Program-made: the position numbers and the translations under genes | Shown here: positions 44,312 through 54,012 of the stretch, one piece after another | Numbering within the stretch: the first letter of the stretch is position 1 | Layout of the letters: every line of letters begins with the position of its first letter | NCBI GenBank assembly: GCA_963803975.1 | Contig: CAWDOY010000014.1 | Coordinates: forward strand, 159,882 to 223,881 | Source of the DNA: an uncultured delta proteobacterium | Lineage (GTDB): Bacteria > Desulfobacterota > WTBG01 > CAIYCZ01 | DNA length: 64,000 nt | Reading direction: 5' to 3' | Notes under the pieces: generated by a model | Seen by the model: the letters and a program-made list of their open reading frames with translations, nothing else | The model's database searches: none | Told to the model about the DNA's origin: nothing

Positions 44312-46063
44312 ATGGGCAGAAAACCCAAGGTCGATGAAGTAAAACAACTCATTACCATAGGCAAAGAAAAGGGATTCTTAACCTATGATGAAGTCAATGA
44401 CATTCTTCCTCCGGACATTGTTTCCCCCGGCCAGATCGATGAATTGATGATGATGTTTGGGGAAATGGATATCGAGATTGTTGACTCCTCGCAGAATGTC
44501 AAGCTGGTAAAACAAAAAGCGGATAAGCTTGAGGAGCCTGAAGAAGAAGAATCGCTGCTCGAAAAAGATCTGTTTGGCAAGGTAAATGACCCGGTACGCA
44601 TGTACCTGAAAGAGATGGGTTCGGTGTCTTTGCTGTCCCGCGAAGAAGAAGTTGAAATCGCTAAACGAATCGAAGCAGGGGAAAAAGAGATTTTACAGGT
44701 AGTCTTTAATTCACCGCTTATCATCCAGGAAATAAGCAGGCTGTCAACCCTGCTAGAGGCCAGCCACACCTCTATACGGGATATACTGGATGATCTTGAT
44801 GAAGAAGATAATGAAATTGACGAGGAGAGCTACGTCCTTCATTTCAGGGAAGATGTGGACAAGATAAAAAAAATCTATGCTGAAACTGAGCGCATCACGG
44901 AGCGCCTGAGCACCAACAAGGATTTGAGCGAGAACAGGAAAAAAGCGATGCGCCAGAAAAGCGATACTAATAAAGAGAAGCTTTTTATCCTGCTGCAGGA
45001 ATTAAATCTTAAAGCAAAGCATATAGATAAAATTGTATCCAAACTGAGAGGCTTTCTGGTGAGCGTGGATGGTTTTGAGAGGGAAATTGACAGGCACTGT
45101 GCTTCTGCCAACCGGGACCTCAAAGAAATGCGCAAAATCCTGCGGGACGGCAAAATACCTCCGGGTGCAGAAAAGAAAAAGGGGAAACACAAGTTGACGA
45201 TTGATGAAATAAAGAGTATAGATAAAAAGATTCGGCACCAGCAGAAGCAGATCCACCAGATAGAGATCGAATGCGGCCTGCCAGCCGGCAGCTTAAAAAA
45301 GGCCATTGAGTGTATTGACAAGGGAGAACATAAAGCCAAACTGGCCAAGGATGAGCTGGTGCGCTCCAACCTCAGACTTGTCGTAAGCCTCGCAAAGAAA
45401 TACACCAATCGCGGCCTCCAGTTTTTAGACCTTATTCAGGAGGGAAACATCGGCCTCATCAAGGCAGTTGACAAGTTTGAATATCAGCGGGGCTATAAGT
45501 TCAGCACCTATGCAACCTGGTGGATACGGCAGGCCATAACCAGGGCGATAGCTGATCAGGCACGAACGATCCGCATTCCGGTCCATATGATTGAGACCAT
45601 CAATAAGCTCATTCGCACCTCCCGGTACCTGGTGCAGGAAATCGGCCGTGAGCCCTCCCCGGAAGAAATTGCAGAAAAGATGGAACTGCCGCTGGATAAG
45701 GTCCGCAAGGTCCTGAAAATTGCCAAGGAGCCTATTTCTCTTGAAACGCCGATCGGCGAAGAGGAAGATAGCCATCTGGGTGATTTTATTGAAGACAAAA
45801 AAATATTAAATCCTATAGATGCGGTTGTTTATAATGACCTCTCAGACAAGACCAAGGGGGTTTTGGCTACCTTAACGCCACGCGAAGAGAAGGTTTTAAG
45901 GTTGCGCTTTGGCATTGGAGAAAAAGCAGATCATACCCTCGAGGAAGTAGGTAAGGATTTTGATGTTACCCGCGAGCGGATCCGGCAAATAGAAGCCAAG
46001 GCTCTGCGAAAACTGCGTCACCCCATTAGAAACAAAAAGCTTAAAAGCTTTGTCGAATATTAG
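44312..46063 (+). CDS. rpoD: RNA polymerase primary sigma factor
   Basis: [50 protein letters not shown] and [10 protein letters not shown]. Confidence 0.98.
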   Translation: MGRKPKVDEVKQLITIGKEKGFLTYDEVNDILPPDIVSPGQIDELMMMFGEMDIEIVDSSQNVKLVKQKADKLEEPEEEESLLEKDLFGKVNDPVRMYLKEMGSVSLLSREEEVEIAKRIEAGEKEILQVVFNSPLIIQEISRLSTLLEASHTSIRDILDDLDEEDNEIDEESYVLHFREDVDKIKKIYAETERITERLSTNKDLSENRKKAMRQKSDTNKEKLFILLQELNLKAKHIDKIVSKLRGFLVSVDGFEREIDRHCASANRDLKEMRKILRDGKIPPGAEKKKGKHKLTIDEIKSIDKKIRHQQKQIHQIEIECGLPAGSLKKAIECIDKGEHKAKLAKDELVRSNLRLVVSLAKKYTNRGLQFLDLIQEGNIGLIKAVDKFEYQRGYKFSTYATWWIRQAITRAIADQARTIRIPVHMIETINKLIRTSRYLVQEIGREPSPEEIAEKMELPLDKVRKVLKIAKEPISLETPIGEEEDSHLGDFIEDKKILNPIDAVVYNDLSDKTKGVLATLTPREEKVLRLRFGIGEKADHTLEEVGKDFDVTRERIRQIEAKALRKLRHPIRNKKLKSFVEY

Positions 46064-46070
46064 CATGCGC

Positions 46071-46146
46071 GGGCTCATAGCTCAGCTGGCAGAGCTACCG
46101 GCTCATAACCGGTTGGTCCCAGGTTCGAATCCTGGTGAGCCCACCA
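46071..46146 (+). tRNA. tRNA with CAT anticodon, most likely tRNA-Ile2 (lysidine)
   Basis: GGGCTCA/TGAGCCC acceptor stem, ACCGG-CTCATAA-CCGGT anticodon arm, TTCGAAT T-loop and ACCA end. It has a paired G1-C72 and no 3 G-C anticodon pairs, so it is not initiator. Located right after rpoD. Confidence 0.93.
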
Positions 46147-46223
46147 TCTACCCATATGGAACGGAAGGACGACACCAGCATATGTATAGGGACAGACTCA
46201 ACTGCACCTAGAGTTAAAATATA

Positions 46224-46256
46224 AAAATGCATCCTTTAACGGGTGCATTTTTTTTT
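46224..46256 (+). terminator. Intrinsic terminator after tRNA
   Basis: AAAATGCATCC-TTTAAC-GGGTGCATTTT followed by a T run. Confidence 0.7.
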
Positions 46257-46294
46257 GAAACCGTTCATGGGCCACCAGGCTACAGGAGGATTCG

Positions 46295-47035
46295 TTGAAC
46301 AGCCAACTTGAATTATTAATTAAAGTGCAGGCAATTGATACCCGGATTCAGCAGTCTGAAGCAGTGCAAGCCAAGTACAACCAGGAAATGGCCGAGCTGG
46401 ATCAGGAGCTGCAGAAAGAAGAAACCGCCTATGCCGCGGAAAAAGAAGGTCTTCAGGCCCTGGAAAAAGAGCATCGACGGTTGGAGCGGGCATTAGAGGA
46501 AGCGCTCAGCCGCAGGGACAAATCCCAGGATAAACTTTCCTCGGTTAAGACCAACAAGGAATACACAGCGGCCCTGCATGAAATAGAGGGCATCAAGGAA
46601 GCAATAAAGAAACAGGAAGATGGAATTCTGGAAGTAATGGAACAGAGCGATACCCTCAAGAAAACGCTGAAAAAAACGGAAGAGATCCTGAAAAAAATCA
46701 GAGGAGAGTATGGCCAGAAGAAAAAGCAGCTTGATGATGATCTCACGTGCTATCTGGAGCAAGTCGAGGAACAAAAAGTGCTGAGAACATCTCTGGCTGA
46801 CGCAGTAAATCCCCAAGCCCTCCTCGATTACACTAAGCTCAGTGAGGCCAAAAACGGCCTGGCCGTGGTTGCGGCGCAATACGAGCGGTGTATGGGATGT
46901 AATATGAAAATCCCGCCCCAGACCTACAATCTGGTTATCACCAGCACGGAGATTATTCACTGCCCCAGCTGCAGACGCATGCTGTACATAGAGCCTGAGC
47001 CGGAAAACGTGACGCAGCCACCAGCCGGTAACTGA
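46295..47035 (+). CDS. Coiled-coil protein with C4 zinc ribbon (DUF164-like)
   Basis: Long heptad region with TNKEYTAALHEI, then CMGCNMKIPPQ...CPSCRRMLY. Confidence 0.88.
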   Translation: MNSQLELLIKVQAIDTRIQQSEAVQAKYNQEMAELDQELQKEETAYAAEKEGLQALEKEHRRLERALEEALSRRDKSQDKLSSVKTNKEYTAALHEIEGIKEAIKKQEDGILEVMEQSDTLKKTLKKTEEILKKIRGEYGQKKKQLDDDLTCYLEQVEEQKVLRTSLADAVNPQALLDYTKLSEAKNGLAVVAAQYERCMGCNMKIPPQTYNLVITSTEIIHCPSCRRMLYIEPEPENVTQPPAGN

Positions 47036-47066
47036 TACCATGTAAAAAAATGCGCCGGAGCAGGTC

Positions 47067-47225
47067 TATCAGGTTGTTGAAAAAGTTGTTTTCTCCCCGG
47101 CTGGTCAAAAAACATCCGGATGCAAGGCGCGCGATATCAAGAGGAATGAGGCGTACTGTACCGTACGTCGCAATGACGAAGCAGGAGCGCAACAAAGCAG
47201 ACGGGTGTTTTTCAACAGCCTGCTA
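47067..47225. mobile_element. ~155-bp MITE-like element, copy 2
   Basis: TA-TCAGGTTGTTGAAAAA ... TTTTTCAACAGCCTGC-TA; same core as copies 1 and 3. Confidence 0.82.
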
Positions 47226-47311
47226 TATCAAGAGCGTTTCACGCGGCTACACGACCGGGCAGATGCGTTAAAATCCAACACCGATGATTTCCCTGTTGTC
47301 TGAGGAATTCC

Positions 47312-50026
47312 ATGTCGTTCACCCCCATGATACGCCAGTATCAGGCAATTAAAAAAACCCTTTCTGATAATACCATCCTTTTTTTCCGGCTGGGAGATTT
47401 CTATGAGATGTTTTTTGAGGATGCCCAGCGCGCTTCTGCCATTCTCGATATAACGCTTACCGGCAGGGAAGGCGGCGGCGATAGCCGTGTTCCCATGTGC
47501 GGCGTGCCCTACCATGCAGCGCAAGGATATATCAACAAACTTACCCGGGAGGGATTTAAGGTCGCGGTATGCGAACAGGTTGAGGATCCAAAGCTTGCCA
47601 AAGGCATTGTTAAACGGGAAATTGTGCGCATGGTGACGCCGGCAACAAACCTTGAGGATGAAACCGGCGAGCGCAATGAACTAAATTATATTGCAGCCCT
47701 GAACCAGAAGCAGGGACGCTGGGGGCTTGCCTACCTTGATCTTGCCACCGGCAGCTTTCGGGTCGGCGAGTTTGCAGCTGCGCAGGAGCTTCAGGCCGAG
47801 ATCGTGCGCCTGCAGCCGCGGGAGCTGGTCATCTCCAAGCAGGGACAAAAAAACTATTTTAAGCAGCTTCACTCTTGAACAGGAATATACCTGGGTAATA
47901 AATGAATACGATGACTGGATCTTTGATGCTCAAGAGGCCGGCAATCGCATCCTTGAGCAGTTTCATATCACATCGCTCGGCAGCCTGGGCATTGCGGAGA
48001 TGCCTGCCGGTATTGCTTCTGCCGGGGCGCTTCTCTATTATCTTAAAGATAACCTGCATAAATCTCTCGCGCACCTGAAAAAGCCGCTCCCGTTTTATGC
48101 CACTGACTATATGGTCCTGGATAAACCCACGCTGAAAAATCTTGAGCTTATTGCCGTCACCCCTGAGCCGAAACATGCGCTTTCGCTCTGCCGGATTCTT
48201 GATGAAACCATGACCCCGCTCGGCGCCCGGCTCCTGTCCCAGTGGGTCAGGCAGCCCCTTATTGATGCGGCATTGATACAGCAGCGCCTGAACGCCGTAG
48301 AGGAACTGGTCTGCGACCAGTCGACTCTGGGCCGGCTGCGGCATCATTTAAAATCAATACGGGATATTGAACGGCTCATTGCCCGGATTAACTGTGCCAC
48401 CCCTTCAGCCCGGGATATTGTCGCGCTGGGAAGTTCCCTTGAAATTGTTCCCGCGGTGCAGGAAGCGGTTACCGGCTGCACCAGCTCTCTTATCCGCACC
48501 CAGGCGGGAAACCTCTGGGCCCTGCCGCAGGTAACAGAGCGCATCCGCTGCGCCTTTGTTGAGAACCCGCCGTTCGGGGTGAAGGACGGAGGGTTCATCA
48601 GGGCGGGATTCAATCCGGAGCTGGATGATTTGCGCGCCATCTCCCGCAATGCAAAGGAGTGGATTGCCAGCCTGCAGGCTCAGGAAATAGAGAAGACCGG
48701 CATCAGATCGCTTAAAATCAAATTCAATAAAGTGTTTGGCTATTATATCGAGGTCACCAAGGCAAACCTCTCCATGATTCCCGCCTACTATCAAAGGAAG
48801 CAGACCCTGGTCAATGCTGAGCGCTTTACCATCCCGGAGCTGAAGGAGTATGAGGAGAAGATCCTCGGGGCGGAAGAGCGTGCCTGCGAGCTTGAGTACC
48901 GGCTTTTTGAAGAGGTGCGGGGCTTTGTCCTGCAGCATGTTACAGAAATCCAGACAACTGCTGAAGCTGTTGCCATCCTTGATGTTATTGCCTCGCTTGC
49001 TGCTGCGGCGCTGAAGAACAACTATACGAAACCTGAAGTGTCCGATAGTGCGGCCATAGCCATCACCGGGGGGCGCCATCCTGTTGTTGAGCGCATGCTG
49101 GGGCCCGGGCAGGTTTGTGGAAAATGATGTGCACCTTGACCCCGGCTGACAGCCAGCTGCACATCATCACCGGCCCCAACATGGCCGGTAAATCAACCTT
49201 TATCCGGCAGGTGGCGCTCATTGTGCTCATGGCGCAGATGGGCTCTTTTGTGCCGGCAGGAGAGGCCCGGATCGGCGTTGTTGACCGCGTGTTTACCCGC
49301 ATCGGAGCGGCTGACAATATTGCCCGCGGCGAAAGCACCTTTATGGTGGAGATGAACGAGACCGCCAATATTCTGCACAACGCAACCTCACGCAGCCTGC
49401 TTATTTTTGATGAGATCGGCCGGGGGACCTCAACCTTTGACGGCATCAGCATTGCCTGGGCCGTCTGCGAGTACCTGCATCAGCATGCCGCGGTGCGGCC
49501 TAAAACCCTCTTTGCCACGCACTACCATGAGCTTACTGAGCTCGGCGACCGCGGTGACGGAATTAAAAACTATAATGTCACGGTAAAGGAGCTTAGCGAA
49601 GGGATTATTTTTTTGCGCAAGGTTGTCCCCGGAGGAGCTGACCGGAGCTACGGCATTCATGTGGCAAAACTTGCCGGGCTGCCGCAGGAAGTTATCAGCC
49701 GCGCGCAGGAGATACTTTTGTGCCTGGAAGAGGAGCGCATAACAGAACTGTCAGTCTCTAAAATTTTAGAGAAGCGAAGAGAAGAGCGATCCCAGCCCGC
49801 TCCGCCTCTTCTTAACCTTATAGACAGGGGAAAAGAACGGGAGATGATATTTGAACAGCTGCTGCCGGAGGCGGCCGCCCCTGAACACCAGGCGATTCTG
49901 CGTGATATACAGGCTCTTGACCCGCTGTCCCTTACGCCGCTTGAAGCCCTCATTAAAATAACCCGGTGGAAACAGGAGCTGTCGGAAAAAGAAGGGGCTA
50001 AAGATGATACAAAAAAGAGCGGATAA
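47312..50026 (+). CDS. mutS: DNA mismatch repair protein MutS; frameshifts near 47850 and 49110-49145
   Basis: [63 protein letters not shown] and SYGIHVA. Confidence 0.97.
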
Positions 50027-50038
50027 AACCCGCTTGAC

Positions 50039-50192
50039 TAACAGGTTGTTGAAAATATTTTTTTCAGGCTGGTCAAAAACATTCAGATGCAAGGCGTGCG
50101 AAATCACGAGGAATGAGTCGTACTTTCCCGTACGTCGCAATGACGAGAGATGAGTACAACGCAGCAGATGGGTGTTTTTCAACAGCCTGCTA
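50039..50192. mobile_element. ~155-bp MITE-like element, copy 3
   Basis: TA-ACAGGTTGTTGAAAA ... TTTTCAACAGCCTGC-TA; fills nearly the whole mutS-mutL intergenic space. Confidence 0.82.
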
Positions 50193-50202
50193 AAGAAGAT
50201 TT

Positions 50203-52005
50203 ATGGGCCATATAAAGATACTGTCGCAGCTGATTGCAAATAAAATTGCTGCCGGTGAGGTTGTCGAGCGTCCGGCCTCGGTGGTAAAGGAGCTTATCGA
50301 GAACTCTCTTGACGCAGGTGCAAAAACCATTTCTGTCTCCGTGAGCCATGGCGGCAGGAGCCTGATCGCGGTGGTGGATGACGGCTGCGGCATGGACCAG
50401 GAGGATGCGCAGGCCTGCCTGCTGCGCCATGCCACCAGCAAAATCACCTCACTGGAAGACCTGGAGCGGATTAACAGCCTGGGTTTTCGCGGCGAGGCTC
50501 TGGCAAGCATTGCCGCCGTGTCCCGGCTTACCCTGGTAACCAGACTGCATGATGCAGACACCGGGACGAGTATTAAATCTGCCGGCGGTACTATTGAGAC
50601 CGTACAGGAGCGTGCGGCTGCAGCAGGCACAAGCATTGAAGTAGCAGACCTGTTTTTTAATACGCCGGCGCGGAAGAAATTTTTAAAATCCGAAGGCGCG
50701 GAATACGCGGCAATTGCTGATGTGTTTGACACGGTCGCCCTCTGTTTTCCGGGAAACAGCTTTTCCCTTTATAAAAACGGCTCTGTTGCGGCCAGCTACC
50801 CGGCATGTGAAACACTGCTGGAGAGAATAGAGCAGATTCATTCTCCCGAGTTTAAAGAGCATCTTCATCCTGTCTGCGGCGAGCACCCCGAAGTCAAGAT
50901 CGAAGGCTATATTGGAACTCCCGACAACACGCGGATTAACCGCTCCGGCCAGAAGTTTTTTATTAACCGCCGGCCGATCCGCTCCATCGGCCTCTCGATT
51001 GCTCTTGAGCGGGCCTATGAGGAATTTAAAGAGCGGGACCGCTATCCGGTTGCCATACTTTTTTTTGCTATAGACCCGGCAACCGTGGATGTAAATATTC
51101 ATCCGGCTAAACGCGAGGTGCGGATACTGAACGAGCGGTTTATTCAGGATATTCTTATCAGAGCAGTTAAAAAAACTTTTGCGGATAAGGGCATCTTTTC
51201 ACGGTCCTCTTCCAGCGTCCCGGAAAACGCTCATTTTCGGGACGTATCGTATGCAGAACAAACTCCCCCGTTATCTTTCGCTGAAATCAGGGAAGCTGCT
51301 GCCCGGTGGACAACACCTGTTCAGACGGAAGCAGAAGAGGGAACGCAAACATTTCCCGCAGGGGATAAAATCAGCACGGATACGACTGCCCGAAAGCTGT
51401 TTGAAGAAGGAGGGCATATTCCGTTTGCCATCCTGCGGGTGCTGGGGCAGATTCAAAATTCCTACATTGTTGCAGAAACAGCTGACGGGCTACTGCTCGT
51501 TGACCAGCATGCAGCGCATGAGCGGATTATCTATGAAGAGATACTTGAAGCTTTCAAACAGCAGCCGTCAGCAGTACAGAGACTCCTCTTCCCGATAACG
51601 CTGCATCTTGACCTGAAGGAGCAGAGCGTTATGGAAGACTGCCTGACTGATTTTCAGACAATCGGGTTTGGCATTAACTCTCTTGGCGGCGGAACCTTTA
51701 GCGTTGATGCAGTGCCGGCTTTTTTTGCCGAAGAAGACAGTGCCCGGGTGCTCAAAGATGTGCTGCATGAGCTGATGGAAGAGTCTCTTCGCCAGTCGCG
51801 GGAGAAGCGCGAAGAGATAATTGCCGCTGCCATTGCCTGCAAAACCCGCACGGTTAAGGCAGGGGCACGGCTTGATGAGCGGGAGATGATTCATCTTATC
51901 CGCAGGCTTGGCAAGGCCCAAAATCCCCACACCTGCCCCCACGGCAGGCCCACCATGTTCACCGTGTCAATACCGGAGATTGAGAAGCGGTTTAAAAGAC
52001 GGTAG
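50203..52005 (+). CDS. mutL: DNA mismatch repair endonuclease MutL
   Basis: IAAGEVVERP, HATSK, GFRGEAL, DQHAAHERIIYE, ACK and CPHGRP. Confidence 0.97.
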   Translation: MGHIKILSQLIANKIAAGEVVERPASVVKELIENSLDAGAKTISVSVSHGGRSLIAVVDDGCGMDQEDAQACLLRHATSKITSLEDLERINSLGFRGEALASIAAVSRLTLVTRLHDADTGTSIKSAGGTIETVQERAAAAGTSIEVADLFFNTPARKKFLKSEGAEYAAIADVFDTVALCFPGNSFSLYKNGSVAASYPACETLLERIEQIHSPEFKEHLHPVCGEHPEVKIEGYIGTPDNTRINRSGQKFFINRRPIRSIGLSIALERAYEEFKERDRYPVAILFFAIDPATVDVNIHPAKREVRILNERFIQDILIRAVKKTFADKGIFSRSSSSVPENAHFRDVSYAEQTPPLSFAEIREAAARWTTPVQTEAEEGTQTFPAGDKISTDTTARKLFEEGGHIPFAILRVLGQIQNSYIVAETADGLLLVDQHAAHERIIYEEILEAFKQQPSAVQRLLFPITLHLDLKEQSVMEDCLTDFQTIGFGINSLGGGTFSVDAVPAFFAEEDSARVLKDVLHELMEESLRQSREKREEIIAAAIACKTRTVKAGARLDEREMIHLIRRLGKAQNPHTCPHGRPTMFTVSIPEIEKRFKRR

Positions 52006-52097
52006 CCTGCTCAATTACCATCCCGGACCCCAGATAATAAAAGGAAAAGGTGACAGATCTCTATTTGTAATAATAAATTTTGCGGAGAAATCCGCTC

Positions 52098-52810
52098 CTA
52101 CTCTTTTTCGATGGGGAAGGTCATGGTTGCGCCAAACCATCCAATAATCGTGACGATGGGAACCAGAGAAAAAACCAGCAGCAGATAGAGCATATGGGAG
52201 GGCCTTGAGCGTGAACAATATCAGGGACTGCAATCCGCCATATAAATATAATCATTGAAACAACCCAGAGGATGGGTGCGAGACGAATTTTAATATTGAC
52301 CGGCCGGGATGGTTTTGCAAAGTAGTTCAGCCACCAGGTAAAAAAGCCGGTGACTATAGCAACCGGCGCGAGGAGAATGCCCCCAGCCAGGCAGTGCAGC
52401 GCGGTGATCTCAAATGATTTGATCCCGGTAACAAGGTACAGCAGGTTAAAGGCCACCACGGAAAACCCGAACACTATGGGGAAGTGAACGGTCATGGGAT
52501 GGGGATGGCGCTTGAGCATGGGAAACTTTTTCAATAGCATGGCCAGCAGCTGCGGCATCTGTCTCTCTGCCCCCTGCTGCTGCTTTAACACCCCGACCTG
52601 GGGATACCGGTCCAGAACATCCGGTGCGTGCGGAGCTGCCTGAATATCCGCGGAAAGGTCACCTCCTGCATGGTGCCGGTTCATGTGCAGCCCGCCTTTC
52701 CACAGCATGCTCTGTGTTACGTCTATCACCCGGCCCTTGTGCACCACATAGATCGGGTTGCCATCAGCGCCAGTACATTTTTGAATCTCTTCCAGCGTAA
52801 ATTCTTTCAT
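52098..52810 (-). CDS. Cytochrome b5 domain fused to DUF2231-like membrane domain; frameshift near 52200
   Basis: DVTQSMLWKGGLHMNRHHAGGDLS...APH, then HPHPMTVHFPI. The shifted frame gives HMLYLLLVFSLVPIVTIIGWFGATMTFPIEKE-stop. Confidence 0.82.
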
Positions 52811-52860
52811 GACCATACCTTTCAAGCAAAAGAGAACATCTGGGGCCAGGATTCAGGGGT

Positions 52861-53857
52861 CTAGTGTAAGAAAAATAAATTACCACTTGAATCCTGAATC
52901 ATCCAACCCTCACTGTTAAAACCAGGCATGAGTGCGGCGACCATGACCAGGATCGCCAGCGGATAATAGCTTGCCCGGTTAAAAAGACGGGCTGCCTGAA
53001 GCCGCGTTTTCATGGCATACAGGCGATAGCCGGGTATCAGTAAAAAATAGATCCCGATTACCAGCGCCCCGATCATGTACAAGGCTCCATAGGGCAATGC
53101 CCGCATCCTGAAAAGAATCATACTCATAATAACCGCGGCAATCAGGGAAGTCAGGATTATCATCCGCGCACCCCCGGGGCCAAACCTGACCGGCACTGTT
53201 TTAGCGTCAAGCTGCATATCTTCATCTACATCAGTCAAATCATTGGGGATATTCTGGCCGCCGACTTCCCAGAAGAAAAGCCACAGAAACAGGATAGATT
53301 AAAAAAGAGCCCGATGGGTGCGGGTCAACGGCAAACACTGCGGCCACCCCGCCCAGGGTCTTGACCACGCCGCTTATGACGATGCGCAGATGGCTGACCT
53401 GCAGCATGAGGCAATAAAGAATTTCAAGAATGATGCTGAGCATAAAAATCAGCACGCATGTTGGATTGAGCAGGTAAGCTCCGGCCAGCGCCAGAAGCGC
53501 CCATACTCCTGTCCACACCAAACCTTCACGCAAGCTCAACAGCCCCTGCGCCAGGGGGTGTCGCACGTAGAGGGCATCCAGGTCGAAACCGGATGCCGCG
53601 TGCTCTGCCTGCTGCAGCTTTATTTTATCCAGGCGAAAATCCACCACATCATTTAACGCATAGACTGCCAGGTACCCGGCAAGAGCAGTGGCAAGCCCGG
53701 TGACGATCACGGTAAGGGGCGGGAAGGCCTGCAGCCACATGAGGGCGGCGGCAGCGGGCGCTGCGATATCAAGCACGGCATGGGTGGTCCGTGACAGCGC
53801 CAGAAACAGCTTCAGATATGAAAAACCTGAGCAGTTTTGAATGAGCCGGGTTTCCAA
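52861..53857 (-). CDS. UbiA family prenyltransferase; frameshift near 53295
   Basis: Asp-rich motifs YALNDVVDFRLD and, after the shift, WEVGGQNIPNDLTDVDED; multi-TM. Confidence 0.85.
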
Positions 53858-54012
53858 ACAGCATCTCCCTCTCTGCTTTGCATTTCTGTATGCCCTGTGC
53901 TACATTTTCATAAACCATTATCAGTCATCCCGCAAACAAAAAATATTTTACTTGCCCCCGGTGGTTTGATATAAGCGTGTTGGTCATTACTGCAACGTGA
54001 CGGGAAAGAATC

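Noticed and set aside
46071..46294. tRNA as an integration site
   Set aside because: No integrase and no duplicated tRNA 3' end in the window; the next gene is a core-type gene.
46953..50182. Similar short ORFs in the track (46953-47195, 47050-47271, 49766-50182, also 19745-20420)
   Set aside because: They are translations of the repeated non-coding element; reading frames are not conserved between copies.
53858..54012. FNR/CRP-type box before the act-cco operon
   Set aside because: Only a TTGAT half-site; no ATCAA at the right spacing.
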